DNA of 64,000 nucleotides from the IMG/VR virus record IMGVR_UViG_2896850075_000002; one strand, given 5' to 3'. The DNA comes from a virus. This document shows, one piece after another, positions 26,960-35,929 of the stretch. The position numbers and the translations under genes are program-made. The notes below the pieces were generated by a model, which saw nothing but the letters and a program-made list of their open reading frames with translations, ran no database searches and had not been told where the DNA came from. Numbering within the stretch: position 1 is the first letter of the stretch; the number at the start of each line of letters is the position of its first letter.

Positions 26960-27011
26960 GCTATTAATATAACATCTAAAAAGGGACATTGTCTGGACAT
27001 ATAAGGGACAA
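26960..27011 (-). promoter_or_regulatory. Putative activator-dependent late promoter
   Basis: Three TGTCC(C/A) direct repeats at an 11-bp period (26983, 26994, 27005) right after the activator gene; extended -10 TG-T-TATATT. Confidence 0.6.
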
Positions 27012-27521
27012 TTATCCAACCATTTCTTCGAGGCTCACAATTCCAAACAAGAAAATTGAAAACTCTTGAATTGCCTCTTTCTGATCACGCTTAATGGTTT
27101 TTTCCGACACATTAAAATAGTCAGCAATTTTCATAAACGTCCATTTTTGTGGATTGATATACATGTTTTGAATTACAAAATAGCGCCGCTTCACTGCCAT
27201 ATCACGCTTACTAGCGTAGCTGTGATAGGCCTGCAGCATTAAGTCTGTGTACTCCATCATTTTCTTGGTTCGTGCCTTATAACCCACAATACTACGGATT
27301 TTTAAATCATCCTGTGAGAACACATCTTTAAGATACTGATCAATATCCGTATCAATATCTTTGGAGTGCTCCGTGAGAATATCATAGTTTTTCAATAGCA
27401 ACTTAGTGTTTTTAACTCGCCAAGTCTGCTCGTTAGCAAATTGTCGCTTGCGTTCGTTGCGAACTAGCTCTGTCACCAACTTCGTTATTTGTTGAATTGA
27501 TTTTTGATCCAACTCTATCAC
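27012..27521 (-). CDS. Late transcriptional activator (ArpU/RinA-like)
   Basis: C-terminal HTH (IADYFNVSEKTIKRD); last gene of the early module. Confidence 0.75.
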   Translation of the reverse strand: MIELDQKSIQQITKLVTELVRNERKRQFANEQTWRVKNTKLLLKNYDILTEHSKDIDTDIDQYLKDVFSQDDLKIRSIVGYKARTKKMMEYTDLMLQAYHSYASKRDMAVKRRYFVIQNMYINPQKWTFMKIADYFNVSEKTIKRDQKEAIQEFSIFLFGIVSLEEMVG

Positions 27522-27533
27522 CCTTTCAAATAA

Positions 27534-27866
27534 TTACCATGGCAATTCCTCCCAGTGCCTATCTAAAAACTCAGCCATTACACGAGCTTTAAAACGCCAA
27601 GGGCTGCCTTTAACCCCTCTATGAATCAATTGATGGTGCTGTTCCATATAACCAATCTCACGACTATATTTTGGGTTATAAATAATATTATCTAATATCC
27701 AACCCCAAGATTTATTGCCGCACCATTTACGCAAATCTTTTGACGTCCATGTACGTCCAATAAGACTTTCTCCCTCAAACCCATGCATATCATCTGGTAT
27801 CAACTTCATGCTATCTGGAATTTGAACCGGTACTGTTACTTGTAAAACTTGCTTCATAATAATCAC
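27534..27866 (-). CDS. DUF771-like DNA-binding protein
   Basis: GRTW...W..DNI...P...W.FKA..MAEFL..HW. Confidence 0.65.
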   Translation of the reverse strand: MIIMKQVLQVTVPVQIPDSMKLIPDDMHGFEGESLIGRTWTSKDLRKWCGNKSWGWILDNIIYNPKYSREIGYMEQHHQLIHRGVKGSPWRFKARVMAEFLDRHWEELPW

Positions 27867-27903
27867 TCTTTTCTTTTAATTAATGACTATTATGATTCAA
27901 TTT

Positions 27904-28092
27904 TCAATTCATGGTTAACCAGTTATTAAACTGTGTCAAGAACAAGTGATACTCTTCGCCACTCAGGTCAACCCAGTAACCATCCGTGCCAATAAAGTTA
28001 ACTTGATAATGTTCTTTAATCTAAGAAATCATCGCCACTTTACTAAAGACAATTACTACTTCTTCACCACTAGCATTCTCTGTTGTAAACAT
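27904..28092 (-). pseudogene. Small ORF interrupted by an in-frame TAG
   Basis: 63 codons, with TAG as codon 24 (28021-28023). Confidence 0.4.
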
Positions 28093-28211
28093 TTATACAC
28101 TCGCTCTCTGATTTTTAGATTGTTACTGTACATCATTTTTTGTCAGTTCCTTGTTTACGTTTTTCGATAAAAAGTGTAAAACTGAATACTCATCCTAAAA
28201 ACACTTTAAAA

Positions 28212-28637
28212 TCAGTGTTCTAACAAATCAGCATTGCGATGGATGTCGCCAACTATTTCAGGATAGGTTTGTGGAAATTTAATATCATTGTCCCATTCAC
28301 CCAAACAAGCAAATAACGGCTTCTCCCCACAATAGAATCCTGCGTAATCCTCTCGACATTCGACTTTTAAATAGTCAGTAATGTTTTTCCCATATATCAT
28401 AGATGACGTAGCTAAAATGTCGCCCTCGTAGATATCCTTGCCGTCCACGTCTTTCAGGCCGGTAAACTGCTCAAGCTTAAACAGTGCGTCAATTCCATCA
28501 ACTGCGCCATCGTTTGAGTACCCGTCCTGTCCATCAGTACTAGCCTCTGCCCAATAGGCTTGACCATGAATAAATTCAATATTGTCAGGTAACAGCATTT
28601 TATTCTGAATTTTGTCCCATGCTCTAAACTTAATCAT
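28212..28637 (-). CDS. YopX family protein
   Basis: MIKFRAWDK, QFTGLKDVDGKDIYEGDI, EIVGDIH. Confidence 0.92.
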   Translation of the reverse strand: MIKFRAWDKIQNKMLLPDNIEFIHGQAYWAEASTDGQDGYSNDGAVDGIDALFKLEQFTGLKDVDGKDIYEGDILATSSMIYGKNITDYLKVECREDYAGFYCGEKPLFACLGEWDNDIKFPQTYPEIVGDIHRNADLLEH

Positions 28638-28932
28638 CGTTGCCACCTCCAACATTTAAAAAATCGATATTTTTTGAAAGTTCACGATTAGTTTTAGCCA
28701 ACAAACTTAAATATTCATCAATTTTTAAAACTTCGTTATCGTCAATAAGTCGCTGTGTATAGACTGCCTTTAACGCTGATGATAAATCTGGGTAATAGCC
28801 AATCGCTTTCGGTATGGGCTTACCAACACTATCCGTTAATCGACCACCTTTACTGTCCGTAATACGTTGCAGCACCCAATTATTGTATTTCTGTGCATCA
28901 ACTTGATAATCATTGTTAATTTTAATAATCAT
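28630..28932 (-). CDS. Hypothetical phage protein
   Basis: ORF with SD GGAGG; IGYYPDLSSAL motif. Confidence 0.7.
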   Translation of the reverse strand: MIIKINNDYQVDAQKYNNWVLQRITDSKGGRLTDSVGKPIPKAIGYYPDLSSALKAVYTQRLIDDNEVLKIDEYLSLLAKTNRELSKNIDFLNVGGGNDD

Positions 28933-29409
28933 GCTCAATCCTCCCCGAACGCTTTATCCAATGCCACTTGAGCCTCGATGTAATCAATTGCCAGCTGATA
29001 GGCCTTATAGATACGTTCGTCTTGGTCTTTGTATTCATCAGCCACTCGTTGCTTAAGTTCCGTCCATGTTCCTTGGTAACAGCCAGTCGTTGCCACATCT
29101 AGCGACGGGATATAAGTTAATTGAGCATTATCGCGCGAGCTTTGCAAGCCAGCTACGTACACTTTAAGGCCGGTTGATTCGTGCCAGTTGACCCAATTTA
29201 GGTTGGCACCCTCTAAGTCAGCACCCCTTAAATCGGCACACCTTAAGTCGGTACACCATAAGTCGGCACCCCTTAAGTTGGCACGCCGTAAGTCAGCACA
29301 CCATAAGTCGGCACGCTCACCGCCGGTCTCGTTGTTCAGCCATTTATTGTGTAAATTAATAATTACGTCTAATTCAGTTTGCTTCATGCTCAATCCTCCT
29401 CGAACGCTT
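28930..29409. repeat. 25-nt direct repeats flanking the pentapeptide gene
   Basis: catgctcaatcctcc(c/t)cgaacgctt at 28930-28954 and 29385-29409. Confidence 0.9.
28935..29387 (-). CDS. Pentapeptide-repeat protein
   Basis: ADLWC ADLRR ANLRG ADLWC TDLRC ADLRG ADLEG ANLNW. Confidence 0.9.
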   Translation of the reverse strand: MKQTELDVIINLHNKWLNNETGGERADLWCADLRRANLRGADLWCTDLRCADLRGADLEGANLNWVNWHESTGLKVYVAGLQSSRDNAQLTYIPSLDVATTGCYQGTWTELKQRVADEYKDQDERIYKAYQLAIDYIEAQVALDKAFGED

Positions 29410-29454
29410 CAAACGCCCGCTTACGTTCCTCGTTAGTTGGTTCCTTGACGATTA

Positions 29455-29556
29455 TCATGCTATGCTGCTCTCTTTCATGAATACCAGCCAATGGGTCTTG
29501 CCACGTTTATTGCCAAACAATGGTTGGTAGCCGATAGCGTCCAATATTAATTTCAC
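29455..29556 (-). pseudogene. C-terminal remnant of a phage SAM-dependent methyltransferase
   Basis: AIGYQPLFGNKRGKTHWLVFMK resembles the C-terminus of a common Firmicutes phage MTase; catalytic motifs absent. Confidence 0.6.
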
Positions 29557-29564
29557 ATTGCACC

Positions 29565-29687
29565 TCAAAATAGAACGTTCCAAATTGTGATTGCGAACCA
29601 GGTTTCGAAAATCAACGCAGCAATCCATGCCGCGATAATGAGTCCCAAAATACAAATATTGCCCAACTGCTCAATTAGTTCTCGCAT
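29565..29687 (-). CDS. 40-aa membrane peptide, not in ORF track
   Basis: SD GAGGTG; MRELIEQLGNICILGLIIAAWIAALIFETWFAITIWNVLF. Confidence 0.55.
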   Translation of the reverse strand: MRELIEQLGNICILGLIIAAWIAALIFETWFAITIWNVLF

Positions 29688-29842
29688 CCGTTATCACCTC
29701 TCGTTACCTGGTAAGGTGCATAATCATGTACCATCCGCAAGCGCTCTGAATTTTCACGACTATGTTTGTCAGCATTCATGCGCATCCGCCGCCGTTTCTT
29801 CTTAACCGTTGATTTCTTGGTGTGTTTCCGTTGTTTCGTCAT
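29675..29842 (-). CDS. Small basic hypothetical protein
   Basis: Lys/Arg-rich ORF with SD GGAGG. Confidence 0.5.
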   Translation of the reverse strand: MTKQRKHTKKSTVKKKRRRMRMNADKHSRENSERLRMVHDYAPYQVTRGDNGCEN

Positions 29843-30137
29843 AATTTTCCTCCGATAAAAAATAATTGCCGTCAATCACTGCCAGCAAGCGTGGTTTTAG
29901 CCAGGTATTGCTGTGACCAATCATCTGACTACACTTTGTCAGTGATATTTCATTTGCAATCACTCTTTTCATTACCAGTAGCTCATAGTGCGTGAGCGTC
30001 GGCAAAGCATCTGGCATACAAGCAGATATTGCATGTACCTGCTTCAACGCATCTGGCGGTGCATCAGTGACACTACCATATTGCTGTTCCACTACCTGTA
30101 CAGCCGCTAACAGTATTTGATGATTAAATCTCTTCAT
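29802..30137 (-). CDS. Hypothetical protein, possible HTH
   Basis: ORF coupled to neighbours; SLTKCSQMIGHSNTWL. Confidence 0.6.
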   Translation of the reverse strand: MKRFNHQILLAAVQVVEQQYGSVTDAPPDALKQVHAISACMPDALPTLTHYELLVMKRVIANEISLTKCSQMIGHSNTWLKPRLLAVIDGNYFLSEENYDETTETHQEING

Positions 30138-30828
30138 TTTGGGCCTCCGTTAAGGTGATTGGGTCTCCTGGCTCAGTCCGCCAATCGCCAAGCCTTAACA
30201 TCGCCGCAACGTCAGGCGTAACCCGAACCCCTTTAATATGATATTTCGCCATGAAACTATAAATTCCGATATTATGCTGTTGATTATGATGAACCCGACA
30301 CAGTGGCATCACCTGATTACCAATGTGTTTGATATGATTACGATCACGACCAATGCCGACAGCGTGAACATGCGCGACATCCGCATGGTTGCCACAAATG
30401 CAGCATTTCTTATACTTGAGACAAGTCCGCTCCCAGCCATACTGACCTTGCACTTCATCCAACGTTCGTGTTAGAAATGGTACGTTCCACGCTAGACAAA
30501 AATCAATTAGGTATTCAATAAAGTTGGTTGCCACCGTCTCCGAACAGTTTGCCAACGAAAAGCCGTCATAGATTCCGCTATATAGCGCGTACTGCTCCTT
30601 CATTTGTGTCTTAGTCAACTCAGGTAAGTAGTTGCCCGCCCAACGGTCAATCTCACCCAGCAAGGCATATATCTTGTGCTGCTGAGCGGCCGTAATATGG
30701 CGCCCATCATCGTAAAGCAAGCCAACTTCACCATTCGACACTAGATATTGCAACTGGTCGGACTGGGTTAGTTCGATTGTCACAATGTTGTCCTTGATTT
30801 CTAGCACGCGCCCCATTGCTTGTGGCAA
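30124..30828 (-). CDS. Putative HNH-like nuclease (HNHc-type)
   Basis: CCICG..ADVAH...VG.GRDR....H.....PLCRVHHNQQH. Confidence 0.85.
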   Translation of the reverse strand: MPQAMGRVLEIKDNIVTIELTQSDQLQYLVSNGEVGLLYDDGRHITAAQQHKIYALLGEIDRWAGNYLPELTKTQMKEQYALYSGIYDGFSLANCSETVATNFIEYLIDFCLAWNVPFLTRTLDEVQGQYGWERTCLKYKKCCICGNHADVAHVHAVGIGRDRNHIKHIGNQVMPLCRVHHNQQHNIGIYSFMAKYHIKGVRVTPDVAAMLRLGDWRTEPGDPITLTEAQNEEI

Positions 30829-30958
30829 TCTCTACCAGCTCCTCCGTATACTGTTCATGCACGATCTCCGTACAGTTGGGACACGGCCCAATGTTGAATA
30901 CACCGAGCATCGTCTGCGGATGCACGACCTTAGTCCCATGACATAATTCACATTCCAT
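30728..30958 (-). CDS. Small Zn-finger protein
   Basis: CELC...CPNC; SD GAGGTG. Confidence 0.55.
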   Translation of the reverse strand: MECELCHGTKVVHPQTMLGVFNIGPCPNCTEIVHEQYTEELVEIATSNGARARNQGQHCDNRTNPVRPVAISSVEW

Positions 30959-30973
30959 TTTTTGCACCTCACT

Positions 30974-31894
30974 TTATACTTCACCGCGATAATCCTTGAT
31001 TGCACTGAATGCAACACCATTACCAACACCGTAATTCTTCATTCGACTTAATGTTCGCGCGCCGTAACGATTTTCGAGACCCTTACCATCTAAGTTAGTC
31101 GTCACAATCACCGTCTTGTTCTCCCGATCACGCCAAAACCGATCTACTAAGTCTTGCGAGTATTCGGTATCACGTTCACTGCCAAAGTCATCTAGTACGA
31201 CTACATCGGCCTGTTTAATTTCAAATAAAATTTTGTTAACCTGTCGCTTCAACGTATCGTCTTTAAACGACTGTTTTTGCAACTCAATAAGCTCATGCCA
31301 GTCAATAAATAGTGCCTTCCAACTGACATAGACGGTTTTAGTCTCGCCATTTTTTGTAACCTGCTTAGTTGTCTTATACCCTGTTTGAGCCAACACGGCA
31401 TATAGCATTCCCATTGCTAAGTGCGTCTTACCACGACCCGTTTTGCCAATTAATAGACTATGCACAGTTTTGCCATCAGCAATCTGCTTCGCTATTTGCT
31501 GACACCTCACTAGCACTCGTCTCTCAGGCTCATCCGTCGCCATATAGTTCTTAAAACGGTGCCGCATGACATCAGAACTACTAGTCACGCTATAGGTTCT
31601 CAGATAGCCCAAGGCATCATTGCGATGTGCGACCGTCGTTAATTCTGTGGCCGTTGGAATCGTTCGCTGTGCAACAGGTTCGGTATACCCACACTTCTTG
31701 CGGCGCAGTTGTCCATTCTCAGTGTAGGTAATCACTCCTGGGCAAGCCCCAGCTAGTTTTCTACCAGTCACTGAGTCAACCGTCTTGGGCCGTAACAGTG
31801 GTGTGCCACAGTTTGGGCAATTCACGCCATAGGTTTCAAACCGACTGTTCATCAACCGCTCAATTGATTCCTGTATTTTTGTGGGTTTTACCAT
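30974..31894 (-). CDS. DnaC/IstB-like helicase loader
   Basis: GKTGRGKTH Walker A, VVVLDDFG Walker B, TTNL, N-terminal CxxC. Confidence 0.92.
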   Translation of the reverse strand: MVKPTKIQESIERLMNSRFETYGVNCPNCGTPLLRPKTVDSVTGRKLAGACPGVITYTENGQLRRKKCGYTEPVAQRTIPTATELTTVAHRNDALGYLRTYSVTSSSDVMRHRFKNYMATDEPERRVLVRCQQIAKQIADGKTVHSLLIGKTGRGKTHLAMGMLYAVLAQTGYKTTKQVTKNGETKTVYVSWKALFIDWHELIELQKQSFKDDTLKRQVNKILFEIKQADVVVLDDFGSERDTEYSQDLVDRFWRDRENKTVIVTTNLDGKGLENRYGARTLSRMKNYGVGNGVAFSAIKDYRGEV

Positions 31895-32727
31895 GGCAAA
31901 TCATCATCCGCAACATCACGGTCTTCTAATGCAAACCCATTCGCATGTCGGTTAGCACTCGGTGCCTGATAATCATCATCGAAGCGACCATTAAACCAGG
32001 TCGACCCGTTCATTGGTTGTTTCCACTTATTGGCAGCCAAATCCTGTTGATACAGGCGTAATCGTTCCAACAAGTAGTCATTAGTATGCTTGATACTCTG
32101 TTTACGCCATATTTTATAATGGGCGAACGCTTGCTTCTTTCCCTTTTTATTTGGATATTGATTCCAAATCAGGTCAAATTCATTTTCTAGTGACACGGAT
32201 GGTGCGGGTAGGTCCGCACGTTGCGCTGTTTGGTCTGCTCCTGATTCTTTTTCTTGTTCTGACTCTTGCTCTAAATCTAGTTCTAATTCTTTCTCTTTCT
32301 CTTTCTCTACGTTACGTCCTGTTACATCACTGTTACTTTGTAACGCTTTTTGACGTTTACGGTAGGCCCGCACGCGCTTAGCTGATGAACTTTCCTTGCC
32401 AACTAAGCCTTCTGTAACATCATCCGCAAATCGAAAGGCACTTGCATCTTCATCAGAATATTCAATCAAATGTTTCGCATTCAAAAACGTTAATAAAAAC
32501 TCAACATCGACTTGTTGCTCCTCAAGAATCAGCCCTAGCTCCTCAGAAAAATCTTTACCAATCCCCGTAAAGTAGATATAGCCACCATTCTCAAGCGATA
32601 GCAGAATCATCTCCAAATAAATAACAGCGTAGGTGTCGCCACCCGACATCCGGCGCAATAAGCGCACTGCTGGGGATTTAAAAAAGTCCATTTGTAACTT
32701 GATCCAGTAATACGTTTTTTCAGCCAT
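31888..32727 (-). CDS. Replication initiator (replisome organizer N-domain)
   Basis: YYWIKL..DFF......LRRM.GGDTY..IYL.M.L.SL; W..YPNKKGK. Confidence 0.9.
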   Translation of the reverse strand: MAEKTYYWIKLQMDFFKSPAVRLLRRMSGGDTYAVIYLEMILLSLENGGYIYFTGIGKDFSEELGLILEEQQVDVEFLLTFLNAKHLIEYSDEDASAFRFADDVTEGLVGKESSSAKRVRAYRKRQKALQSNSDVTGRNVEKEKEKELELDLEQESEQEKESGADQTAQRADLPAPSVSLENEFDLIWNQYPNKKGKKQAFAHYKIWRKQSIKHTNDYLLERLRLYQQDLAANKWKQPMNGSTWFNGRFDDDYQAPSANRHANGFALEDRDVADDDLPW

Positions 32728-32741
32728 AATGGACCACCTTC

Positions 32742-33185
32742 CTAAAACGGCATATCAGCATCACTGATGTCAATCTGCTTGCCATTGTTTTCAAATGGAT
32801 TGTGTTGTGGATTTTGTGCGTTAATACCTGCTTGCGCTTGTTGGGCCGCATCCGCTGTGTCAGCCCGCTGTCGTTGTTGGGCTGACTCTTGCTTGCTATC
32901 CACAAAGTCAACCGTATTAACGACGACATCTTGCGTGTAATGAGTTTGACCATTACTCTCATATTTGCCACTGATCAACTGTCCTGTGATCCCGATTCGA
33001 CTGCCTTTGTGAAAATACTTCGTCAGCATTTCAGCGCGTTTTTCCCATGCTTGGCAACGAATAAAGTTACTGTTATCACCATAGCCACGCACCGCAATGC
33101 TAAAACTTAAAACAGCTTTACCACTCTGCGTATACTTCAGCTCTAAATCATTCGTAATTCGACCATATAGACTTACCACATTCAT
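32742..33185 (-). CDS. ssb: Single-stranded DNA-binding protein
   Basis: GRITNDLELKYTQSG, DISDADMPF tail. Confidence 0.97.
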   Translation of the reverse strand: MNVVSLYGRITNDLELKYTQSGKAVLSFSIAVRGYGDNSNFIRCQAWEKRAEMLTKYFHKGSRIGITGQLISGKYESNGQTHYTQDVVVNTVDFVDSKQESAQQRQRADTADAAQQAQAGINAQNPQHNPFENNGKQIDISDADMPF

Positions 33186-33940
33186 ACGTTTCCACCTTCC
33201 AAATCGTGCCGCATTTGCTTAGCAGCATTGAAGAACTTCACAGCATTACTGGTCGTATTCAGCTCAGCATCGACGTAGCCCGTTTGTCCCATTAGTTCTT
33301 GATAAATATCAGGTTGGTCACGCCCCGTAGCTTGACTGATTAATTCGATTTGATGCATTGCTTGCTTCAAGGGACCACTACTAGTATTAGTTTGATTGTT
33401 ATTCTGGCGTCGCTGGTTAACACCGCCACGCTGTTGGCGTTGTCCACCACTGTGTTGAGCAATACTCGGTGATGCCGCCGGGGCGCTCGTTGCAGCTCCG
33501 TCATCATCAACCTCGGAACTCACACCGAATGAGGCTCCTAACGAATACCGTTTAGCATAAGTGATCGCGCTCCCAGCTTCCTGGGGCTGGCCGTTCGTTG
33601 TAAACTTCATCCACGGTGAATGGTAAACAAAACCAGTTGTATGCACGATGATTGTCCGCACACGGATGACTTTCATATCGATTTCAGCTTCCTGATACCA
33701 AGCTAATCCAGTCGCTTTCAAGCCATCGTCAATCGATTTGATTAAGTCATCCAGTAGAACATAATCGTATTTTTTGTTATTGCCATTTTTCGTTCCGTAA
33801 TTAACGTGTCCATTTTTGGCTGGGGCCTTAACTTGAGACCGGAACTTAGCCAATCCAGTATTAAATGCCGCTTGTAACTCAACTCGTTTTTCTGGCGTAA
33901 CTTTCTCTACTTTTGGTACATCCGTTTCTTTATCGGTCAT
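33182..33940 (-). CDS. erf: ERF-family single-strand annealing protein
   Basis: PQEAGSAITYAKRYSL...GV.SE.DDDG. Confidence 0.92.
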   Translation of the reverse strand: MTDKETDVPKVEKVTPEKRVELQAAFNTGLAKFRSQVKAPAKNGHVNYGTKNGNNKKYDYVLLDDLIKSIDDGLKATGLAWYQEAEIDMKVIRVRTIIVHTTGFVYHSPWMKFTTNGQPQEAGSAITYAKRYSLGASFGVSSEVDDDGAATSAPAASPSIAQHSGGQRQQRGGVNQRRQNNNQTNTSSGPLKQAMHQIELISQATGRDQPDIYQELMGQTGYVDAELNTTSNAVKFFNAAKQMRHDLEGGNV

Positions 33941-33982
33941 CTAAATACCTCCCTGAATCAATTGCAATTTAAGATTGCGGGC

Positions 33983-34108
33983 CTACTTCAAGTTACAAAA
34001 CACCTCATAATCAGCTGGTGTCATTTCATCGCACGGAGTACGACCATAGATTGCAATACCCGTTTCGATTACCGATAAAATGGCAGTATTTAAGTTACTT
34101 GTTACCAT
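33983..34108 (-). CDS. 41-aa hypothetical protein, not in ORF track
   Basis: MVTSNLNTAILSVIETGIAIYGRTPCDEMTPADYEVFCNLK; overlaps the upstream gene end. Confidence 0.45.
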   Translation of the reverse strand: MVTSNLNTAILSVIETGIAIYGRTPCDEMTPADYEVFCNLK

Positions 34109-34274
34109 CTTTGCACCCCCATACTCGTTGCCATAAATGTGGTTTGGGCGTATGATAGACACGTAGTTTGATAAGATATGCGTCTAACGCGGTACCTACG
34201 ACTGGTTGCATCCGGTCGTGGGTATTTTGTTGTTTTAGCCAAATTTCGAATGGCTTATGCGGTACTTTTCTCAT
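34095..34274 (-). CDS. 59-aa hypothetical protein, not in ORF track
   Basis: SD AGAAAGGA; MRKVPHKPFEIWLK... Confidence 0.6.
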   Translation of the reverse strand: MRKVPHKPFEIWLKQQNTHDRMQPVVGTALDAYLIKLRVYHTPKPHLWQRVWGCKDGNK

Positions 34275-34289
34275 AATCAGTTTTCCTTT

Positions 34290-34490
34290 CTAATTCACTT
34301 GGCTCAGTGCAGAAATAAAAATCTCAAACTTACGTCCGGACGCTTCAACTACAGCAATCCGCCGTGATGACTTACCAAACAAGTCAGGTTTAATTTCAAC
34401 GACTTTGCCAACGCCTCCAGCAATAATGAGCTGTCCAGCTGACATAACGCTTGGATAAGTTACACGATCACCAACACTAATAATTGTCAT
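34290..34490 (-). CDS. Small SH3-fold-like hypothetical protein
   Basis: VGDRVTY...GKVVEI; SD GAGGAGG. Confidence 0.6.
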   Translation of the reverse strand: MTIISVGDRVTYPSVMSAGQLIIAGGVGKVVEIKPDLFGKSSRRIAVVEASGRKFEIFISALSQVN

Positions 34491-34731
34491 AATTGCCCTC
34501 CTCATCCGGTAAGCGAAAAATCCATTTATCGGCTTTCTGCTCAGGTGTTACTACTATCACGCCGTTGTCACCTAATGCTTCTAGGAACTCCTCTGAATAC
34601 TTCTTCGTGCTATTTCGTTCGATAACGTTGCAACCAACAGCAAACTGAATATCAGTTAGCAAAGTCTCTTCATTGGCCCGAATCGTATTATGCCGTCGCA
34701 TACTAAGCGCGTAATTAATCGATTCATCATA
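34477..34731 (-). CDS. Hypothetical protein
   Basis: SD AAGGAGG before ATG 34731. Confidence 0.65.
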   Translation of the reverse strand, partial: YDESINYALSMRRHNTIRANEETLLTDIQFAVGCNVIERNSTKKYSEEFLEALGDNGVIVVTPEQKADKWIFRLPDEEGNYDNY

Positions 34732-34750
34732 CATAGTTAAAACCTCCTTT

Positions 34751-34852
34751 TTAAATTCCAAACCAGTCTCTAATTTCATGTCGCTTAAACCACAATGTTG
34801 TTACCACCCATGTTAGTAGCACTACTGCTACCCAATTTGGTAATACGATCAT
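34751..34852 (-). CDS. 33-aa membrane peptide, not in ORF track
   Basis: SD GGAGG; MIVLPNWVAVVLLTWVVTTLWFKRHEIRDWFGI. Confidence 0.6.
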   Translation of the reverse strand: MIVLPNWVAVVLLTWVVTTLWFKRHEIRDWFGI

Positions 34853-34904
34853 TATTTTCCCTCCAATTAAGCTTATATTGAACCATCATCTACCCGCCTA
34901 GGTT

Positions 34905-35165
34905 TTAGTTACTTAAATTCTGATGATTCAATAACCATTTATCGACTGCTGGTGCGTACCATTTTCCATCTCCCTCTGGTTTTGGAAATCCTTCTTTATC
35001 ACGATAGTGTTTGTCGAATGAATCTACTTTGATACCAAACTCAGAGTAGAAATCTTTACGTCCAATCATTTTATGCTTAACGGTCTGCTGACTGCGACCG
35101 TCTGCAACTCCCTGTTCATATGCTTGTTTAAAGAGCTTCGATAAGGAAGCTACTAAACTGTCCAT
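34905..35165 (-). CDS. Excisionase-like winged-helix protein
   Basis: MIGRKDF...FGI...FDKHYR...GFPKP...W...VDKWL. Confidence 0.65.
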   Translation of the reverse strand: MDSLVASLSKLFKQAYEQGVADGRSQQTVKHKMIGRKDFYSEFGIKVDSFDKHYRDKEGFPKPEGDGKWYAPAVDKWLLNHQNLSN

Positions 35166-35185
35166 TTGGCTACCCCCTCTGAACC

Positions 35186-35920
35186 TTATTCATATAAGCC
35201 TAATGATGTTTGTCGAATAATGGTCTTTGTGGCGGTCGATGGCTCCCAGTCATTAACGAAGTCCATTACCATCCGATAATCCTTTTTCCGCAACATCGAC
35301 CGAGCGCTTACACCGGCAATCTTCTTGACACCGCCATTAATGTCTTTGAATAATTCGCCACGCTGCTTTTGAGTAATGCTGCCATAGCTATTTGATACCT
35401 CAGATACTCGCTGATTAATCCGACGTGCCAGAATATTGTAATCTGGCTGAGGAATAACTTGGTTCTCTTTTAGGTCTTTTAAATCATCCTCAACATCATC
35501 CAATCGCTGGTTAGTTTCCTCATTTGCGTCCAGTGCCAATTTTGCAAGTTCACGTGGTGACGTTGGTAATGCTGGACGTGATGGATTAAAATAATTTTCT
35601 TCCAACTCGTCAAACATATCCCAGGCTCGATCAGTACCTAGCATTTTTGAATGCCGACTGGCGCCACGCTTAGTCCACAGATACAAATGACTAGAAAATT
35701 TATTAATAGGCAAGTCGAAATTTTCTACCTGGCTTTTAAATTGTTTCAAACTGTTTGCTTTAAGCAAATAATAATGGATACCTTCAATAAACTTAGTCTT
35801 GTTATTGGCGAAATTTTGTTTAATCGCTGTGTTCGTTGCCCCATAAAACTCAGCTAATTGCTCTGTAGTCAAAATCAGTTCTCCATTAAATTTGATTTGT
35901 TCTACGTCTTGCATTTTCAT
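35186..35920 (-). CDS. Antirepressor (ORF6N + ORF6C domains)
   Basis: ILTTEQLAEFYG, YLWTKRGASRHSKMLGTDRAWDMFDELEENYF. Confidence 0.9.
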   Translation of the reverse strand: MKMQDVEQIKFNGELILTTEQLAEFYGATNTAIKQNFANNKTKFIEGIHYYLLKANSLKQFKSQVENFDLPINKFSSHLYLWTKRGASRHSKMLGTDRAWDMFDELEENYFNPSRPALPTSPRELAKLALDANEETNQRLDDVEDDLKDLKENQVIPQPDYNILARRINQRVSEVSNSYGSITQKQRGELFKDINGGVKKIAGVSARSMLRKKDYRMVMDFVNDWEPSTATKTIIRQTSLGLYE

Positions 35921-35929
35921 CGTTCCTTC

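Noticed and set aside
27946-28170. 74-aa + strand ORF
   Set aside because: No SD, opposite to the operon, and overlaps the more plausible interrupted minus-strand ORF.
33983-35165. Anti-CRISPR/aca locus among the small early genes
   Set aside because: No recognisable Acr or Aca signature by eye; cannot be supported without a search.
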